Of a stretch of DNA of 64,000 nucleotides, positions 35,180 through 47,740 are shown piece after piece. The stretch lies in NCBI GenBank assembly GCA_964106645.2, contig OZ067053.1; one strand, 5' to 3'. Both the position numbers and the translations under genes were made by a program. This DNA comes from Podarcis pityusensis. Lineage: Eukaryota. Under the pieces are notes generated by a model, which saw only the letters and a program-made list of their open reading frames with translations, ran no database searches and was not told where the DNA came from. How positions within the stretch are numbered: the first letter of the stretch is position 1; every line of letters begins with the position of its first letter.

Positions 35180-36794
35180 TATATAGAAAGAGATGCACTG
35201 AACCTGCGTAGCCAAATCAAAGCCCATGCTTAGCCTTGACTGCTTAACTGCTTATTTACTTAGCTTCTGCCCCTCCTTTCAATCTCCAAGGCAGCTTACA
35301 TAAAACAATAAAATGCAATTAAGTTGAGGCTGCTTCTGTCACCTCAGGCATAGCATTGCTCTGGGGTGGCTGTTCGCCACTCCCAAAACCCCATTTGTCA
35401 TCCAGCCATTCTGCCTTTTTCTATCCCTTTCCATCTAATCTACCAGTTTCCTGGATGCACTTCCTTCTCCCATCTCCCACAACTGCAGGTGTTCTATCAC
35501 TCAGGCTGAGAGAGGAACTAGGACACCAAGCGAAACAAAAATGAGTAAGAGTGGCAAGATTTCTCCCTCTGTTGTTTCCCCCCCTGCTGCCTATTGTTTC
35601 CCCTATACCACTTTCCCATCTCTGGAAGGAAAAAAAGCATGTGTACTCCCATTTCTCCCACCCAAATGGTGAGGAAGCTTCTTTGGAGAATATAATTTTG
35701 AAGCCCACACCTTAAATAAATGACAGCTCAAGAGGGTATGCAGATTCTCCCGGGACTTGTTATTCAAGAGCAGAATGGAACCCACTTTTTCTCCTATTTT
35801 TGGCTGCATTTCTAGTTATCACATTACTTGCTGCCCAGGAAATTCACAATAATGTACTACAGAAGCACTAAGAATTAATGCATTTGCAGAGTAGATAGGC
35901 TGCAAAGTGAGCAGGCTTTTGGCTGGAGCACAGAGGATGCCTCTGAAAATGGCTTCCCTGATTAGACTGAACCTTGCTCTGGCCATAACGTGCAGAGCTA
36001 TTTTTCTAGAAGTGCGCCTGGCTTTTGAGATAATGTGTGAATAATATCAGTTTTATCAGCAAAGCAATGTTCTGTACTCCTTGAAAACCATCCCAATAAG
36101 AGCAATTGGAGTGCCTTATTCTTGTTAAAGAGCTGCAGCATGCAGAGGTTTATTTAAGAGAGGACCGTTTAGGATGCTTCTGTCCTTCATGGCTGTGTAG
36201 GTGCGTTTGAAAACTTGCAGGCAGTGTCTTCAAAAGGCTCCAGGGGGTGGCAGGTATCATCATACTTTGCTCCTGATTTGCATAATTTCTTTTGAGTACA
36301 GAATCTCAAATGGATTCACTTGATGTAGAATTTGGGTTTCATCTCTGTGCAGACTCTTCTGTGCTTATCCTTAAGTTTAGTCATGATGACCAAAGGAGGA
36401 CCTAGGGGTGTGTGACTGGTGCGGTCGCACTGGGTGGGGAGCTTCTGGGGTGCTGCAACTATGACACCCAATGGAAGGTGGGGGGGCACCTGATTTTGGC
36501 ACTGCACAGGGTGCCACTGAGATTTGAGGTGCCAAGTGAAGTGGTGCGCTGGTGCCAATTTGCTTTGCGAAGATAACTTATATTCCAGTTATAATCCATA
36601 TTTGGAGATTTTTAAAGCGGTACATGCTTTACAGTTGTTTGCTTCCTCAAGTTCCTTTTCACCTTCGTAGGAGTCCCATTTTGAATTGTTTGTGCTCTAC
36701 AATGCAAGCCTGGCTCCCATGTGTGGCCTTGAGGGCACTTCATGCAGTTCCCTCCCCACAGGTGGACAGACAGCTGTGAGCCTTGTCAGAACTT

Positions 36795-36797
<3 letters not shown>

Positions 36798-36828
<31 letters not shown>
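36798..36828. repeat. (AG)n microsatellite
   Basis: About 15 AG units. Confidence 0.95.
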
Positions 36829-36831
<3 letters not shown>

Positions 36832-37078
36832 ATACCCCATGTAAGGCATTCTGAGAGTCTGGGAGAAAAGTCTGAAGGGAGTGAACGGATGAATAAGCCT
36901 GTGAATGGGAGCTGGTTTTGTTGTGTTTCTTTGCCCTTTCTCCCTTTTCGTTTGTGTTCTTGAAAACTTCAATTTCACTGTGGGTTTCTAGTCATAACTC
37001 ATGCCTGCCTTAAAATGTTTTGCTGTCCTTGCTTGCATCCACCAGGGAGATGGTGGCCTTTTCAGGAGGGGCATGCTG

Positions 37079-37081
<3 letters not shown>

Positions 37082-37111
<30 letters not shown>

Positions 37112-37480
37112 TTTTATTATTTTTATGATTCGTACCCCACCTATCTGACTGGGTTGCCCCAGCCACTTTGGGCAGCTTCCTACATATATAGAAACATAAT
37201 AAAACATTACACATTAAAAGGCTTCTCTATACAGGGCTACCTTCAGATGTCTTTTAAAGGTTATATCATTACTCATCTCCTTGACAACTGATGGGAGGGA
37301 GTTCCACAGGGCGGGCGCCACTATTGAGAAAGCCCTCTGCCTGGTTGCCTGTAGCTCCACTTCTCGCAGTGAGGGAACCGCCAAAGGCCCTCAGAGCTGG
37401 ACCTTAGTGTCTGGGCTGAACAATGTGGGTATTTAGGTATACTTTAGGTATACAGGTATACTCCTTTAGGTATACAGGGT
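37082..37480 (-). mobile_element. L2-type LINE 3' end
   Basis: Homologous to 6721-7086, including the (AAT)n tail. Confidence 0.8.
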
Positions 37481-38556
37481 CAGGTTAAGAAACAGTCTTC
37501 TAAGAAAGGTTTACCTGGCACCAGTTGAAGACCTTTCTCTTCACCCAGGCCTTTTTGATAATTTACGTAGTTTTAAAATCTGTGTTTTGACTTTCAGGCT
37601 ATAGTGACACCCCCCCACCCCAGCTTTAGCTGTATCTATGTTGCTTTTGATTTTATGTCTTCCATATATTATTTTGCTTATTTTGGTTTTTTACTGATTT
37701 AATGTAAGTTTCCTACAGAACTTTATTTAACTTCTGTCTTATTTTATTTATTTTAACTTTGTGTTGTGGTGTGGCATGCTAATGCAAATGAATAAAGTAG
37801 CTAATATTTTATCATCAAGCTATTTGTTATAGCCATGTTCGGACTTACGTGGAACATATGATATAAATTCCTAAAGTAAAAGGCACTTCGTTGTAGTCAA
37901 TTTATGCCCCACCTTTCCATCAGAAGATGTCCAAGGCAGCTAACAGAACAAAAATTAAAAACCAGTATCAATATCAAAACAGGGTTAAAGGGCACGGCAT
38001 CAACAAAATAAGCAGGAGTCAAACAGATGGCAGATAAAATTAATCTGCCAAGTTTTAAACCGCCTGCAGGAACGGATGTCTTCAAAAGGGTCATGTATAC
38101 CAACCCACTCAATGCCAATGAACTGCTACCAGTCTGCGGTGTGTATAACAGCTCTAGAGCAGATTCTGTACAATTTATCTATGGGATTGAAAGGATTAAG
38201 CTCCTAATTGGTGCTGTTGACAGATCAGCTTCTACAGATTAAAGGCAGTGCTCTGATCTAATCCAGTTATCTGGGCTCTGTGGCTGCCTGGACCTCACTG
38301 CCTCCTCTGCAGAAGAGGAAGAGGAGGAGTGTCTCAAGGACTGGAGGAGCAGGCGTCTGTGAGGAAAGGGAAGCACCGTGTTTGTGGAAGGAAATGCTGG
38401 AGGGTGGCTGTGGCACTTGGACCAATATGCTAATCAGCTGGCAGCAACCGTTGCCCATGCAGAAAGTGCAACGTTAAATTGGAAGATCATTTTGTAATTG
38501 AGATTGGTTGGGGGGACGGGACTGCTCCAAGTACCTCCATAGAGGTGTCAGTATTT

Positions 38557-39350
38557 GTTGTTGTTTAGTCGTTTAGTCGTGTCCGACTCTTCTTGACCCC
38601 ATGGACCAGAGAACGCCAGGCACTTCTGTCTTCCACTGCCTCCCGCAGTTTGGTCAAACTCATGCTGGTAGCTTCGAGAACACTATCCAACCATCTTGTC
38701 CTCTGTCGTCCCCTTCTCCTTGTGCCCTTCATCTTTCCCAACATCAGGGTCTTTTCCAGGGAGTCTTCTCTTCTCATGAGGTGGCCAAAGTATTGGAGCC
38801 TCAGCTTCAGGATCTGTCCTTCCAGTGAGCACTCAGGGCTGATTTCCTTCAGAATGGATCGGTTTGATCTTCTTGCAGTCCATGGGACTCAAGAGTCTCC
38901 TCCAGCACCATAATTCAAAAGCATCAATTCTTCAGCGATCAGCCTTCTTTATGGTCCAGCTCTCACTTCCATACATAACTACTGGGAAAACCATAGCTTT
39001 TACTATATGGACCTTTGTTGGCAAGGTGATGTCTCTACTTTTTAAGATGCTGTCTAGGTTTGTCATTGCTTTTCTCCCAAGAAGCAGGCGTCTTTTAATT
39101 TTGTGGCTGCTGTCACCATCTGCAGTGATCATGGAGCCCAAGAAAGTAAAATCTCTCTCTGCCTCCATTTCTTCACCTTCTGTTTGCCAGGAGGTGATGG
39201 GACCAGTGGCCATGATCTTTGTTTTTTTGATGTTGAGCTTCAGACCATATTTTGCGCTCTCCTCTTTCACTCTCAATAAAAGGTTATTTAATTCCTCCTC
39301 ACTTTCTGCCATCAAGGTTGTGTCATCTGCATATCTGAGGTTGTTGAGGT
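38557..39350 (-). mobile_element. Bov-B (RTE) LINE, 5'-truncated within the RT domain
   Basis: NLNNLRYADDTTLMAESEEELNNLLLRVKEESAKYGLKLNIKKTKIMATG...; 3' tail ACGACTAAACGACTAAACAACAAC; TSD TGTCAGTA(T/G)TT at 38546-38556 and 39351-39361. Confidence 0.95.
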
Positions 39351-40315
39351 TGTCAGTAGTTATCCCTGTGTTATCAGAAGGGCCTGCTGGCTTAGGCCAA
39401 TGGCCCATCCAGTCCAGCATCCTGTTCTCACAGCAGCCAACTAGTTGTCTGTGGGAAACCAGCAAGCAGGATTCGAGCACAAGTACGCTCTCCCCTCCTG
39501 TGGTTTCCAGTATTCGGAAGCATTGCTGCCTCTGACTGTAGAGGCAGAGCACAGTCATTGTGGCTTATAGAAGGGTTGGGCATAAGGAGGGGTGGGTTCT
39601 CCCAGTAGACCTCTGTGCGATTTGCAGTCAATTGTATAGGCTGTCTGGCTCTTTAATGATAGCAACAGCATAGCTGCTTTTCCCACCTGAATTAAGCTGC
39701 TGAAATGAAGAAAGCTGACCAGGAGTAGACTTGTGTGTGAAAGCAGTGTGCGCTCATTCTGGCTCTGCTACAGGAAACAAAATCCCTGGTTCAGAATGTG
39801 CTCAGAAGGCCCCCTGTTCTTTAATTTTAAACATCTCTCTCATGTACCTGGCACTGGTTGGTAGATCTTGGGGTTTTAGTAAAGCGAACACACACACACG
39901 TGTCAATCTGACACACCTGGAGTCTGCCAACTCTGTTTCATAGCATGCCTTCCTCCAGGAATGATGCCTGCAGACGCCTAACCAAATTAGAGTTCAGGAA
40001 GAATGTAAGAAGAGTCCTTCTGCAAGAGGAAGGAAAAGACTCAGTTCAGCTTCCTGTTTCTGATGCTGGAGGGCCAGTTTTTTTGGCGTATGGTGAAAAC
40101 AAATGCTGGAATGGATGAGCCTTTGGTCTCATTGTCCGAAGAGCTGATCTTCGGTTCATTTTTAACTGTAACTGGGCTAAGTATTTGAGGAACCTAAAAC
40201 CTATCCCCCCTCTGAAGCTTTTAATATTTATTTTTGCAGTTGCTTGCTGCAAGTTTTAGAATGAAAATGACATTGACAGTTGCTTTTCGGTTCTTAAATT
40301 GCAAATTTTAAAGTA

Positions 40316-40574
40316 CTGTATTTTTTGCTCTATAAGACTCACTTTTTCCCTCCTAAAAAGTAAGGGGAAATGTGTGTGCGTCTTATGGAGCGAATGCAGG
40401 CTGCGCAGCTATCCCAGAAGCCAGAACAGCAAGAGGGATTGCTGCTTTCACTGCGTAGCGGTCCCTCTTGCTGTTCTGGCTTCTGAGATTCAGAATATTT
40501 TTTTTCTTGTTTTCCTCCTCCAAAAACTAGGTGCGTCTTGTGGTCTGGTGCATCTTATAGAGCGAAAAATACGG
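40316..40574 (-). mobile_element. Tc2-like MITE, inverted copy of 32909-33167
   Basis: TA-flanked, same TIRs, nearly identical internal sequence. Confidence 0.85.
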
Positions 40575-42896
40575 TATTGTATGGTTAACTGCTTTGGGCT
40601 ACATAAGAAAAAAAATTAAGCTTTTTTGACCTGGTGGACCAGAACATTGTCTCCCCCCACTTCGCAGGCTGTTCACCTGCCAATCACCTGATGTCATGAG
40701 ACTGATGAATGGGCAGTCCTGTCAAAATTAACCTGTGGTGTGGAGGGAAGGTTCTGTGTTGGGAATGTGCTGGCAAATCGGCACCTAGCAGGATTGAACT
40801 CTCCGCTCACCAGCTGATAAGTGAAGGCTTGAATCCTGCTCTCCACAGCTTTGCCAGAGCATTCCCTACAGGGAGCGTGCTGGTGAGGTGGTACCCAGCA
40901 GGATTGAACCCTGCCCATCAGCTGATGTCACCCAGTGATGTCAGTTGACTGACAGGTGGCTGTGGTTACAGTGGAAATGGCCTCGCAGGTCAAATTGGAC
41001 CACTGGCAGATGAAGATTGACCCATGGGCTGGAGATTCCACCCTCCCCTTTATAAAGACAGAAAATAATAATGCCAAGAAGTCTTAATATGACAGAAGCA
41101 ACAAAGTAGTAAAGGCTAAGGCGTCCAGGATATTGATTAAAATGTTCAAATCAGATCATATATTTTTATTTATGTATGCCATTTAATCAGCAAAGTTTCT
41201 AAGCACCATACAATAAAATTATGTCTGTTCTGGGAGTTGCAGTCCAAAATACGTGGAGGACACCAGGTTAGAGAAGGCTGTAAAGGAATCCTGGCTTTTC
41301 TGCTCATTTTAGAAAGTTGAGTCAGACTGGATGTGTTCTACTGGTTCCTGCTGGGGTTCTGACAGGGAGGGACAGCTTAACTTACTGTAGGCTGAAGTGT
41401 GTTGGGAGAAATCAGCAGGAAATGTCATAATATATGGGAAGACATGAGGAAATAGCAGAGCACTTCAGATACAAAACAGGTATGCACATGCTAATTATGA
41501 GATCATTGGAGTGGCTGATTACTGAATTGCTGAAGGGCAAATCTGTCAATTTAAGTTTCTCATTTTTCTCAACTTTAAATTCAGTTCTCTACACTTCCAC
41601 ATCATTTTACAAAGGTTCTCACTGAAATTTATCAGCGTTTTAGTGTGAACTTCTTTTAAGAGACACATTTTTGTATGGCATTTTGCCCAATAGACACATG
41701 TTTGCAAAGCAGTTTCCCAAATATAATGCATGACTGTATGCTATTTTCACATACATTTGCATTTTTGGGCACACTTTAACCCAGCAGATGCATTTTTGTG
41801 CACACATTACTTAGCTGGAGAACTGCACTACAAAATTCACAGAAGTGTGAATTTTGAAGGCTGCCTGTGTTGCAGTCCTTACATTGTTTTGGAAAGTTCC
41901 AGTTAAGTGGGTTTACCTTTAAATGTGGACTGGATCAATTTCTCTCCCATCCCTAATCAAGAGTAGAGGAAGAAAGCTTAAGGGAAACAAGGGTGGGTGA
42001 GGCAGGAAGAACAAGGGGCAAATGTCAACAAAGGCCAACATACATGCTAAGGCTTCCCTCTCGTTTGAGTTGAGGAGTGAGGATCTATTTGGGTATTTGA
42101 TGAGCCCACAAAGACCCTCTAAAACAGCCTCCTTCTCTCCTGGGCTGATGTGAGTTGCAGTCCACTAGGGCATGAGGTTTGGGAAGGCTGCTCTAAAGGC
42201 AACAGAGTTTCTGCACTCATAGAATTGTAGAGTTGGAAGGCACCCCAAGGTTCATCTGGTCCAATCCCCTGCAATACAGGAATCACAGTTAAAGAATCCC
42301 TGGCAGATAGCCATTCAAACTCTGTTTAAAACTCTCCAATGAAGGAAAGCCCATTACTTCAGATAAACCCATTTGGAAAGCTTTGCTTTAAGATCTTGAT
42401 TTAAAAATTCACTCCATGAATTGCAAAAGAAAAAGTTCAATGTCAAAAAGAGAGAAAGGAAAGCAATGGTGTGTGGGTGTGGGTGTGTACCTGCACATGT
42501 GCATTCAATGGGTGTTGGACTCTGAGGCAACAGGGAAGGAAATGGTGGATCTGTCTCCCTTTTCCTCTTCTTTCCTTCATTTTGGGAAAAACTAGTCAAG
42601 ACAGGGCTGTGCAGGAAGAGGAGGGTTGTCTTCTTCATGAGAAGAGCTTGTAAACAGCTCATGTGGGTTTGGGTAATAAAAACATCAGGCTGGAATAACA
42701 AAGGGATTAGGTTTGCTTTTGTGCCAAGCACACAATCTCCAGGGCTCCTCAGCCTTCAGCTAGCTGTGTTTTTGCTCCATTCCAAGATTTCCTGCTTTCT
42801 ATTTGGGTTGCTTGCTTGGGGGAGGATAAGATGTTCAAGTTCCCCAGTTAAAGAAGTTCATTTAACGTTTCCCCCTCTGTCCCACTGTCTTAACAG

Positions 42897-43453
42897 GGGG
42901 AGACTGTGGCTTCACGTACCCAAACTTGACCAGCGTAAAGAATCACGTCTGAAAGGGAAGCTGGATAAATGCAGCACAAGACTGGACAGGAGTTTTCACT
43001 GCACCTGATGGCATTGCTACAGCAACTGGAAACTACGAGTGAAACTTAGAAGTGCGGCAGAAGCCAGGGCACCTCCTCCTTGCCTTTGTGCAGGAGAGCT
43101 ATGCAGGAGAGCAAAAGGGGACACTGGGCAGATTTTGACCACTCTGTGGGCAAGGAAAGCTTCCCTTCCATAAGAGGAACGTGCAAATGCTTCCTCAGAA
43201 AATGGGAGTGCTAATGAGCTCTGCTGAAGCTACTGTTTGTTTGTGGTTGTCTGTTATGACTTTGCAACCTTCCTGGGACTGAAGTACTTGGTCCTGGTCT
43301 ATTGGAGGGCATCACAAATTGGACAGTACTGTCACCCTGCTCCTAGAAGATACACCAGATAAAAAGAATCGCTGCAGTTATTTCTGGGAAGCAGAGAGAG
43401 AGAGAGAGAGAGTGTGTCTACAGCTATCCCCTTCTGCTAGTCTCTGCTGTACC
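42897..43453 (+). other. GNAZ: GNAZ exon 2 5' UTR portion
   Basis: Acceptor tttaacgtttccccctctgtcccactgtcttaacAG|42897 with a branch-like TTTAAC. Alternative acceptors at 43093 and 43440 are possible. Confidence 0.55.
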
Positions 43454-44176
43454 ATGGGATGTAGGCAAAGCTCTGAGGAGAAAGAGGCAGCGCGGCGGTC
43501 CCGGAGAATTGACCGCCACCTGCGCTCTGAGAGTCAGCGGCAGCGGCGCGAGATCAAGCTCTTACTTCTTGGCACCAGCAACTCTGGCAAAAGCACCATT
43601 GTCAAGCAGATGAAAATCATCCACAGCGGCGGCTTCAACTTGGAGGCCTGCAAGGAGTACAAGCCTTTGATTATCTATAACGCCATCGACTCCCTCACTC
43701 GCATCATCCGCGCCCTGGCGACTCTGAAAATCGAGTTCCACAATCCCGATCGCGCCTACGATGCGGTGCAGCTCTTTGCTCTGACGGGCCCCGCGGAAAG
43801 CAAAGGGGAGATCACGCCTGAGCTGCTCGGGGTGATGAAGAGGCTCTGGGCTGACCCCGGGGTACAGGAGTGTTTCTGTCGCTCCAACGAGTACCATCTA
43901 GAGGATAATGCTGCCTACTACTTGAATGACCTAGAAAGGATTGCTGCATTAGATTACATCCCGACGGTCGAAGACATTCTGCGCTCTCGGGACATGACCA
44001 CAGGGATTGTGGAAAACAAGTTTACTTTCAAAGAGCTGACTTTTAAAATGGTGGACGTTGGCGGGCAGAGGTCTGAGCGCAAAAAATGGATCCACTGTTT
44101 TGAGGGGGTTACAGCAATAATTTTCTGTGTGGAACTGAGTGGATATGACTTGAAGCTGTATGAAGATAACCAAACG
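43454..44176 (+). CDS. GNAZ: GNAZ, guanine nucleotide-binding protein G(z) alpha, coding exon 1 (aa 1-241)
   Basis: Kozak ACCATGG at 43454; [57 protein letters not shown] (Gz-specific GTSNSGKS P-loop); [12 protein letters not shown]. Donor 44176|GTAAGT; 723 nt. Confidence 0.98.
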
Positions 44177-47118
44177 GTAAGTCCAAATGTAGCTTTCGTC
44201 CGTCCCCCATCCCCTCCAGTCTTCATTGTTTCATTATGTGTATTTTGATACTGCTTGTGGGTTCCAGGTATGATGCTCAGTTTCTTTTCCGAGTGCTCAA
44301 GGAGAAGGTATCCTGGAAACAGCTGCTGAGCATCGTAACTGCCCTTATATTTCCTATAAGGCTTTCATATGGGCTAGCTTCTGTGACCAAAACAGAGTGG
44401 TTTTTATCATAATGGAAAAGGTAGGGCTTACTAATGCCCTCTGTCTGAAGTTTCATTGCTGCTCTACCTTCAAAGCTCAGAAGATATGATGACCCAGATG
44501 TTGGACCACGTGACTCTCTTTTTGTAAAGAGACATCATTGTCTTGGCAGCCACTTTTAGGTTGGATGTTGTGTTCCTCTTGCAGGTACTGTTGCCGTGTA
44601 AATACAGAAAACTCTGGGTAAAGTATTCTGGAGGGATGTACATGACACAGTTTAAAAAAGGAGTTCCAGAAAGCCTTTGAAGCTTCAAAATTAAGTTGAA
44701 TTAACCTTTTTGTGCTGTTTAAAATGGCACCCGCTGGTCTGAGACTCACTATCTGCGTGGGTTTTCACAGAGAATTTTATGGTGTTCACTAAACAGCTTC
44801 TGTCCATATCATAAAAACCGACTCCCTTTGCAGTCTCTTTATGGTGCTAATACTGGCCTCCAGTTTGCTTGAACAAACAGATACAGTAACTATGGAAATG
44901 ACTGCATATGCAGAAGTGTGCGTGGATCATTGCATTCACCCTCCTTGACTTGACCTTTGTTGCCAGTTTTGTTTGTGCTTTCCAGTCTCTTTCCTCAATA
45001 TATAATTTAACTAAGATGGTAACACGCATAATTGTAGATGCTTCGTTTGCAGAAGGTTCTCTGTATGGAATTCCTGTTATCCAATCAATGGCTTTGTTAT
45101 GAAATGTTCTTCATGCAGAAAAAGAGCGCTCATGGCCACTGCTGATAATGTGTGTGCTCAGCAGATGAAAATTCCATATTTATGTCTGGCTTTGATGGAG
45201 AATCTCAGGGCTTATCCCGCAAGCCATTTTGCAGATCCCCAATCTCAGTGTCACAGCTGAAGTCATAATTCTGCCTCCACAATGTTGTTGAAGATTTGCA
45301 GAGTTTGGGGGGTTGTGGGTAGGAACATAAGAACAGCCTGCTGGATCAGGTCAAAGGCCCATCTAATCTAGCACTCTGTTCTTACAGTAGCCAACCAGAT
45401 GCCCCAGTGGGAAGCCCACACGCTTGCCCCACTTGCAGTTCTCAGCAATTGCTATTCAGCAGTGTAGAGCCTCTGAGAATAGAGGTAGAACAAATGTCAG
45501 AGCAAATGTCTCAGGAGCCTTGCACACTCTGCTTTGCCTTCCCCTATTCATCTGAAGCACTTCAGAAAGCTTGGGAGATCTTTCCAAACCTCTGATAATG
45601 TCACCCCCTCTGGGAAATAAAAGAAGGGCTCAGTATTCCTGGCAATATTCTCCTGAAACAGATAATTCAGCTTGGTGTCCATAGGAACTGAGGAGAACCT
45701 ACAGGCCTATGAATTTTGAAACAAAGCACTTTTTTATATAATTGGGGAGGGGAGGAATGCACCCTTTTCTGTAGGATGCAATTAAGTAGTAATCTCAGGC
45801 TCTATTTATAATTGATGTGCAATTATGGAGAATGACAAGCAGCTCGAGTCGGGGGGTAAGAGCTGCTTCATTGAGAGATCCTTCTGTTCTAACAAATGGT
45901 GGGAGAGAGTGAAGCATCATTTCAAATGCTGTTATAATGGTTAATGCGGTTTAGGCAGGGAAGAGATCAGGCAACAATCTTGCCTGGATTGTTTGCAGAG
46001 TTGCAAAGCAGTCCTGAAAAGTCCTGCATACCTTGATACCACTCTGGGATTGTAGATATAGAGGTCAATGCAACTTTTTCAGATCAAGGTTAAAATTTGC
46101 CACTAGAAGCTGAGCCATCTGGGCTTGATTCATCATTCGTCCCCTGGCCTGGTGGCCTCCTGATGTTTACTTCTTGTTTCCTTTTACACTGCTTTAATTT
46201 TGTTCATTTTTGGATTGGGCTATATCTATTTTCATTCTAGAAGCTTCGAATGAAATGTAGATTATAAATGCTTTCCCTAAATAAAATAAATATGTTTACA
46301 ACTCCCATCAGCCCCAGCCAGCAAGATTGACCTAGAACATTTAGATAATCAGACATGTTTGCCAAGGAAGGCTATTGAAATGAGGCTACAGAAAGAAAAT
46401 TGTTAATTCAGGAGTACCAGGAAATGTAGCTAAGTTGGCTCTTGAACAGCAAGGCTTCTGCTCTTGCTCTCGTTTCAGTTCTCACTGCATGCCTTCTAAC
46501 AATCTTTAACTTGGGGGGGAAAGCCTTCTATAAATTTAAATAATTACATAATTACAGCCCTCTCATCAGATGTAAACTGGTGAAATGTACTCCAAGAAAT
46601 TATCCTCCCCTTGTAGCATAATGTTGTATCCAGAGCAACACCCAAACCCTGAACTTGATTGATTCTTACAAGTATGATAACTTGCCAACCTTCATTGTGA
46701 TGGCCCTTCTCCAACCTGGTGCCCTCCTCATGTTTTGGACTACAACTCTCATCATCCACAGCATCATAAAGCCATGCCACCTAGGTCTGATGGGAATTGT
46801 ACCCCAAAACATCTGGTGGGCACCAGACTGGGGAAGGCTGCTGTGTGTTGCTTAGATTCAGCCTCAGTCTGGTAGATAAGATTTTTTTGGTTTTGTTTTT
46901 TGAGAAGAGCCTGACAGTTGTCTTCTCTTCATCTCTATGGGAAACTTTGGGGAGTCAAAGTCTCAGTCCCTCAAAAACAGCTGTAATCATCCAGGATGGA
47001 GAAGAATCCAAGTTGCTTGCACAAGTGGGGGTTGTTATTGTTTCTGTTTGTTACTCTGTTTTTGTGGTTTTATATTGTACACCTCCCTATGGTCTTCTGA
47101 TGAGGGGTATTATTAGTA

Positions 47119-47360
47119 CAGTGGTACCTCGGTTTTCAAATGTCTCCATTGATGAACATTTCGGTTTACAAACTCCATAAAACCAGAAGTAAATGATTCG
47201 GTTTTTGAACAAGCCTCGGAAGTCAAACATGCCACGCGGCTTCCGCTGAGTGCAAGATCCTGAGGCCTAGCTGTTGGCTGTTGAGTTTTCGATTTTTGAA
47301 CATTTCAGAACTCAAACAGTGTTCTGGAACCGATTACGTTCGAAAACCGAGGTATCCCTG
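47119..47360. mobile_element. Tigger/pogo-like MITE
   Basis: TA-CAGTGGTACCTCGGTTTTC ... GAAAACCGAGGTATCCCTG-TA. Confidence 0.8.
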
Positions 47361-47740
47361 TAGTAGTAGTAATAGTAGTAGTAGTAGTAGTAGCACTCCA
47401 CCCATCTGACTGGGTTGCCCAGCCATTCTGGGCAGCTTCTAATCTAAAACATTAAACATTAAAAATATTTCAGTCCTGTGATGGGGTCTGAATCCAAATT
47501 GGAAGGGATGCAAATGGTCCACATCCTCCAGACTGGCCTGGAGTTGTTCAGCAACCAACCACTCAAGGACCTTGCCCAGGAATGGAAGATTTGAGACTGG
47601 GCGATAATAAGCCATAATGGCTGGGTCCAAAGATGGTTTTTTAAAGAAGACGTTTAATAACTGCCTCTTTAAGGGGTTCAGAGAAGACTCCCTTACAGAG
47701 AGAAGCATTCACCATCCCACACAGCCCATTGTCCAACCTG
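47361..47740 (-). mobile_element. L2-type LINE remnant with internal deletion
   Basis: KKPSLDPAIMAYYRPVSNLPFLGKVLEWLVAEQL...FQFGFRPHHRTE (RT N-terminus) is joined directly to the L2 3' UTR and a (TAG)n tail on +. Confidence 0.75.

Noticed and set aside
38864-39558. 208-aa and 223-aa ORFs
   Set aside because: Sense and antisense frames of a truncated Bov-B fused by chance to an adjacent CR1 3' UTR; not an autonomous or domesticated gene.
43319-43453. 45-aa N-terminal extension of GNAZ in the ORF track
   Set aside because: Starts at TTG and runs through an (AG)n tract. The conserved myristoylated MGC start at 43454 has a perfect Kozak context.
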